The notes below the pieces were generated by a model. The model worked only from the letters and a program-made list of their open reading frames with translations. It was not told the origin of the DNA and ran no database searches. The translations under genes were made by a program, and so were the position numbers. A stretch of 64,000 nt of DNA from Escherichia coli (GTDB taxonomy: Bacteria > Pseudomonadota > Gammaproteobacteria > Enterobacterales > Enterobacteriaceae), in assembly GCF_050320075.1 (NCBI RefSeq), contig NZ_CP190022.1. One strand, 5' to 3'. Positions 59,378 through 64,000 of this stretch are shown here, in pieces. Every line of letters starts with the position of its first letter. Position 1 is the first letter of the stretch.

Positions 59378-60448
59378 TTATTCCTGCGGACGGTCTGTCA
59401 CCCGCAGCAGACATTGTGCTGTACTGGTCCGGGCATACAGCGGTTTTTCTGCCGGGGTGTAGAGTGCGAAGAGCTGCTCCAGCGCCTGGCGGAAACTGCC
59501 GGTGAAAACCAGAGGAGCATCGATGCTGTAGTTGACAGGTGTTTCCCAGCGCAGTGTCCATGTGCCGTGCGGGCATTTTTCGGATGATGTCCAGCGGGCC
59601 AGTCCGTCTTTCAGGGTGGTCCCCTTTTCCATTTTCCATTGCCGTGGCGGTATGACCTTCTGCGGTGGTGGCACTACCGGTTTCGTGGCCACCGGGGCTG
59701 GCGTGGTTGTTCTGCTCTCTGGTGTTCCGGATGCCCCGGTGGTGGTCTGAGCCCGGGATACGCTGACGGCAGGTGTCACTGGTGTCGGGCCTGCCGGCGT
59801 TGCGGTGCTGCCCCTGAACGGATTACGCGGTGTATCAGCAGCTTTCTGTGAACCCTGCGGTGCCGTGACGTCGACCGGCGGTGTTGCAGAGGTCGTGACA
59901 GTCAGTATTTTCCTGTTCCAGTCCATATGTCCGTAAAGCTGCTGGCCGGCCAGCAGCGCATTCAGTGCCCGGTGCCACTGGTCATTAACGGACCAGGAAG
60001 GGAGGCGTTTGTTCAGTGCCGGTGTGGCGGCATTCTGCTGGCGGAACTGCCAGCCGGTTGGCAGCAGCTGGCGTATCCAGTCACTGACGGTGCGCTGACG
60101 TGCTTCACGTAAATAAACGACGGATGAGGGACCGGGCTTACCGGTCATAACCAGTGCAGACAGCGGTGTGGCCTGAAGAAGCGGGCGGGGAGGCAGTGCG
60201 GTACTCTGGCTGCTGACAGTGGTTGAGGGTGTCGCCGTTGTTGTCGGACGGGGCGGTGTCACAGGGCGGGTCACCGGTGGCGGAAGCAGACGTTTTTGCG
60301 TATGGGTGATAATGGCAGCACTTTCGCGAATTTGTCCGTCGACGAACACCAGAGCCGGAGGCGTGGTGTCAGGAACAGGCGTGGCATTAAATGCCGTACA
60401 GCCGCTGAGTAATGACGGCAGAAGGAGTGTCAGTGATTTCTTTTGCAT
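59378..60448 (-). CDS. pilL: PilL lipoprotein
   Basis: 356 aa; lipobox LLSGC; Pro/Thr-rich linkers. Confidence 0.6.
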   Translation of the reverse strand: MQKKSLTLLLPSLLSGCTAFNATPVPDTTPPALVFVDGQIRESAAIITHTQKRLLPPPVTRPVTPPRPTTTATPSTTVSSQSTALPPRPLLQATPLSALVMTGKPGPSSVVYLREARQRTVSDWIRQLLPTGWQFRQQNAATPALNKRLPSWSVNDQWHRALNALLAGQQLYGHMDWNRKILTVTTSATPPVDVTAPQGSQKAADTPRNPFRGSTATPAGPTPVTPAVSVSRAQTTTGASGTPESRTTTPAPVATKPVVPPPQKVIPPRQWKMEKGTTLKDGLARWTSSEKCPHGTWTLRWETPVNYSIDAPLVFTGSFRQALEQLFALYTPAEKPLYARTSTAQCLLRVTDRPQE

Positions 60449-60510
60449 AGAATATAATCCGGTATATTACGGGTTACGGTATAAGACAGGTGGCGGGTAA
60501 CTGGCCTTAA

Positions 60511-60828
60511 GTGGAACTGCTCAGGAAAATGATGACAGATTCATTATTAGGGTGCTCAGTAGGATATGTGTTTTCGAAAATACTGAAGATATCCTTTCTG
60601 CGTTTTATTCAGTCTGAGGGGGGATGGGATATTATTACTTACTTTTTGTGGATGCTGGGAATGCTTATTGTCATGGCCGTGCTGTTTATCTGGATGTGCG
60701 CCGCTGTATGCTATGAGCTTCGGATGTATAAAATAAAAACAGGAAGGGAGAACGATATATTATTCTGGGTGTGGATTCTTCTTTTTGATGTCGCGGTTGT
60801 ATTTTCGCTGGGTAATGTTATCTGGTGA
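60511..60828 (+). CDS. Hypothetical small membrane protein (105 aa), low GC
   Basis: Two hydrophobic helices; stop codon directly abuts the stop of the convergent minus-strand ORF. Confidence 0.35.
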   Translation: MELLRKMMTDSLLGCSVGYVFSKILKISFLRFIQSEGGWDIITYFLWMLGMLIVMAVLFIWMCAAVCYELRMYKIKTGRENDILFWVWILLFDVAVVFSLGNVIW

Positions 60829-61260
60829 TTATGGGTTCAGTGACATATGGAAAAAGATAAGTGCGAACATTGATACTGAAGAATAATATATCCACGAATA
60901 GAAAAACATGAATTTCGGAGATGGTTTCTTCTGTCTCCTGTTTTTCAGGGGAGTCTGTGGGTCAAATGTTATCAGCGTCATTAAAGGATACCCTTTCATA
61001 AGAATAAAAATATAGACGCATAAATGAACGTAAAGAGGTAACCTGTCCTGCCAGAACAGAATCATCATGATGACGGCAAGATGAAATGTCGTTACATTGA
61101 TATAATAAAACCAGCTGTATTTACGCAGATACTGTTGGATATTCACGCTGTCAGCATGCGGTTCTGGTGAACAATTTATGCAAAAACAGAAGAAAGAAAT
61201 GATGATGAACACGGTCAGAGTGACCGGTAATACAGTCACAAGCAGAAAGAGTATGGACAT
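60829..61260 (-). CDS. Hypothetical polytopic membrane protein (143 aa), low GC
   Basis: Four hydrophobic segments; occupies the position upstream of pilL. Confidence 0.4.
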   Translation of the reverse strand: MSILFLLVTVLPVTLTVFIIISFFCFCINCSPEPHADSVNIQQYLRKYSWFYYINVTTFHLAVIMMILFWQDRLPLYVHLCVYIFILMKGYPLMTLITFDPQTPLKNRRQKKPSPKFMFFYSWIYYSSVSMFALIFFHMSLNP

Positions 61261-61332
61261 AAAAATATCTCCGTCAGGATAGTGTGATTATTCCTTTATG
61301 GTTCCATAACCCGGCGTAGCTCCGTCGACTGG

Positions 61333-61713
61333 TTATAATTTTATCCGGGACCTGGCTTTAAGGGGTAATGCCACCTCTTTCCATTCACTACAGCTTCCGG
61401 GAATACGTTCTGTGCGTCGTATTATTCGTGTGTTCTGGCATACAATAATCAGGGCATTGTCTGCCGTCTGAAAAGGCATAATCGCAATGTTAATATCTTC
61501 TGTTGCCGGGATACAGATGACTTTCTTTTCACATGTATTGGTGTATATGACAACTCTGAATTTTTCTGCGGACATTTTCAATCCTCTTTTAAACCAGAAT
61601 ATCCCGTGAGGGCATTCTTTGTGAAAAAGTTCTGTGGACTTCTCTATGACGGCAGGTAATGCATCCAGCAGGGCAAGACGGAAGCGGAGGCTGGTCTGCT
61701 CATCCGAAAGCAC
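61333..61713 (-). CDS. Hypothetical protein (126 aa)
   Basis: ORF between the regulator genes and the pil operon. Confidence 0.35.
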   Translation of the reverse strand: MLSDEQTSLRFRLALLDALPAVIEKSTELFHKECPHGIFWFKRGLKMSAEKFRVVIYTNTCEKKVICIPATEDINIAIMPFQTADNALIIVCQNTRIIRRTERIPGSCSEWKEVALPLKARSRIKL

Positions 61714-61851
61714 GTTAATGGCATCGTTCAGTGCGCGCTGTGCTTCTGCTTCTGCCAGACCTTTCTGACGGGTGGCCTCCGCCAGTTCAATAATTGCTGC
61801 TGCCTGGAGAAGTCAGCGGAGAGTGGCTGCTGTTGTGGCTGTCCCGGTATT

Positions 61852-62517
61852 TCAGTGTAACAGGTGATTGCTGTGATCTATGCCCCATTCGGCTTTCGGT
61901 AAACCTGAATGCCCCACATGAAGAATGCGTGACAGCATGTTTCTGCCGCTGCCGTTCAGGCTGCATTCGCGTCCGTGCGCGAGTATAAAACCTTCATCCC
62001 GGAATATCTCTTCCACTTCTGAAGATTCGAGGGATGCCGGATGAATTAATGAAAATGCCACCGGTCTGAGCATTCTGCCCGTGGTGGAAAAGGTGTCTCT
62101 GGTACTGTTCAGCTGCAGGATATGACGTTTACCTGTTTGCGCACGGGAAAGTGTCTCACTCAGCAGCTGGTCGTTCCATGCGCACGTGCCAATCTGCCAT
62201 CCCAGACTTCGGCACGCGGAAAGAGCCGAGCGGAAGCGGTACAGGTCGTATAATGCTGCGTTATTGCCACTTTCCAGCAGTGATTTCAGCGTATTTGCTA
62301 CCGGTATGTCCGTATTAGTGGCCAGCAGTTTTCGCAGAGTCGTAAACTCTTCTGCCATTCCTCTGAACTCGCGCATCTGACGGGCAGTGTCAAGCCAGTT
62401 CAGCAGGTAACGCCGGCGACGCCGTTCGTTGTTTATGTTGTCCGGGGCGGTGGAGAGTGCTTCGAGCATATTCTCCAGTAACAGAATGACAGGGTTTTCC
62501 TGGGATAGAATGGTCAT
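61852..62517 (-). CDS. Hypothetical protein (221 aa), possible transfer regulator (TraC position)
   Basis: ORF downstream of the NusG-like gene; named by position only. Confidence 0.45.
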   Translation of the reverse strand: MTILSQENPVILLLENMLEALSTAPDNINNERRRRRYLLNWLDTARQMREFRGMAEEFTTLRKLLATNTDIPVANTLKSLLESGNNAALYDLYRFRSALSACRSLGWQIGTCAWNDQLLSETLSRAQTGKRHILQLNSTRDTFSTTGRMLRPVAFSLIHPASLESSEVEEIFRDEGFILAHGRECSLNGSGRNMLSRILHVGHSGLPKAEWGIDHSNHLLH

Positions 62518-62657
62518 AAAGGCGTCCTGAAAAAATGCCCGACAGCCGCTCTCCGTACACCCTCAGGTGTCACCGGTGCCGGGCATTGTGGAAACAGAAG
62601 GGAAAAAAATCCCGGCCATAAAGGCCGGGAAAAGTCGTCAAATTAAGACAGCAATTT

Positions 62658-63299
62658 TCATGTCAACGCTCCGTCATCAGATACCAGGTGCAGGAGCAGG
62701 GCGATCCTCGACTCCGGCAGAGGCTGTGCATCAAGCCGGAGGAGGTACTGGTAACGCGCTTTTGTCAGCCAGAGGGTGGAGGCAGCATCCAGCTCCTCCC
62801 TGGCTGCCGGATTGAGCGCAGGATCCGGGTACACTTTCATTAAAGACTGAACGATATCCTCCCTGACGGTTTTGATTTCACCGGCCATTTTCACGAAGCC
62901 CAGAAAGGCACTGTGACGGCGCAGGTGAGTGAAAGCGTGGCGTTCGGGGTCTGCTTTCAGGAAGAAGTAACCGGGAAACACGGCGTGTATATGTCGACGG
63001 TAACCACAGACTTTATCCGTGCGGCGGACTTTTTTCAGTATCAGGGGTGTCCAGGGAAGGACGTGTTGTTCGGAAAGCCAGGAAAAGAGATGTTCGCGGT
63101 TTTTGCCGGCAGGGATGTACTGAGCCAGATACCAGTTGCGTTGATGTAATTCACTGATATTCAAAATCCGGAACGCTCCGCGAAAATCGATCCCCGCAGG
63201 GGGGCTTCGATGTTGTTGTGAACGGCGAATACATAAAGCATGTGTCGGAAACAGCGGCTGACCCACGTTCAGCCCGGCCTGCAGTTCTGACAGGCACAT
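62658..63299 (-). CDS. traB: NusG/RfaH-like transcription antiterminator (TraB-like)
   Basis: NWYLAQYIPAGKNREHLFSWL...HAVFPGYFFLKAD resembles the NusG N-terminal domain; true start probably internal. Confidence 0.55.
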   Translation of the reverse strand: MCLSELQAGLNVGQPLFPTHALCIRRSQQHRSPPAGIDFRGAFRILNISELHQRNWYLAQYIPAGKNREHLFSWLSEQHVLPWTPLILKKVRRTDKVCGYRRHIHAVFPGYFFLKADPERHAFTHLRRHSAFLGFVKMAGEIKTVREDIVQSLMKVYPDPALNPAAREELDAASTLWLTKARYQYLLRLDAQPLPESRIALLLHLVSDDGALT

Positions 63300-63846
63300 G
63301 ATTTACGCACTCTTGTAAGCCTTGTGGACGGTTTCGAGGCGGGCGAAAACCGACAACTCCTGCAAACAGGATTAATGGCTGGAAAATATATTACATAAGG
63401 ATGTATCTGTGGCAAGAGTTAATATAAGTAGTTGAATAGATCGTTATATTTGATAAATCAGCATATCATGCTGATTTGTGTGCAGTGTCTGGAGGATTAG
63501 ATCGTTTAAAAATTTTAGGCGATCTCTTCTACTAAAAATGATGAAAAATACAGCATAAAAGATCGTTTGTGAAATTGTTCATTTTTTGACACAGTTCAAA
63601 AAAACGACGCTTTTTCGGGGAGTTAAAGAGGGCCACTGTAACCCTGAGAAATCATGTCGGCTTTTCAAAGCGGTGGAAAAGGGGTATATTGCGGATCGTT
63701 ATGCAGTGGCTTTTGGGATCGTCAGGATCCGGGAAGTCAGAAAACGGCAGGATGCGCCATAAGGCATTCAGGACGTATGGCAGAAACGACGGCAGTTTGC
63801 CGGTGCCGGAAGGCTGAAAAAAGTTTCAGAAGGCCATAAAGGAAAA

Positions 63847-63897
63847 CCCCCACTATCTTTCGTCGAACTTTGGCGGGATCGTGAAAGATAGTGGGGG
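63847..63897. promoter_or_regulatory. Stem-loop with TTGGCG loop motif: candidate structure I / Inc RNA control element of an I-complex replicon
   Basis: Perfect 15-bp stem cccccactatctttc / gaaagatagtggggg around a 21-nt loop containing ttggcg. Confidence 0.5.
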
Positions 63898-64000
63898 CCT
63901 CACAGAATACGGGATAAGTATATATGAAACCGTGTCAGAGATTCAACCCTTTGCAGTGCATTAACGCACGGCAATTTGTTCCCGCCATAAGCGACAGCTT

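Noticed and set aside
63654-63839. 61-aa plus-strand ORF in the region before the stem-loop
   Set aside because: Cys/Arg-rich, low-complexity translation with no RBS in what is more likely a promoter/leader region.

Overview
This 64 kb window looks like almost the whole conjugative transfer region of an I-complex (IncI1/R64-like) enterobacterial plasmid, read from the leading region to the edge of the replicon. All calls are from reading the sequence and the ORF track; no database search was run, and gene names follow R64 nomenclature by synteny, size and motifs. Left to right: the end of ardA and a leading region with two ~350 bp Frpo/ssi-like repeats, an Rpn-family nuclease and several unknown genes; oriT with nikA-nikB; trbC-trbB-trbA on the minus strand; an accessory block (possible type I toxin-like peptide, nuc, a low-GC island with a phosphoethanolamine-transferase-family protein, pndCA, excA); the Dot/Icm-like type IVB secretion genes traY to traL; sog primase with internal repeats; traK to traH; a FadL-like outer membrane protein and unknown ORFs; rci with a four-segment shufflon and pilV; the thin-pilus operon pilU to pilL; a NusG-like regulator; and a stem-loop with a TTGGCG loop motif typical of I-complex Inc RNA control. 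The best candidates for undescribed content are ORFs that appear to sit as extra genes inside otherwise conserved operons: two membrane proteins between pilP and pilQ, two translationally coupled ORFs between traT and traU, a convergent low-GC membrane pair upstream of pilL, the low-GC island at 15.8-18.5 kb, and a 31-codon hydrophobic ORF with flanking direct repeats. No rRNA, tRNA or CRISPR array was seen.
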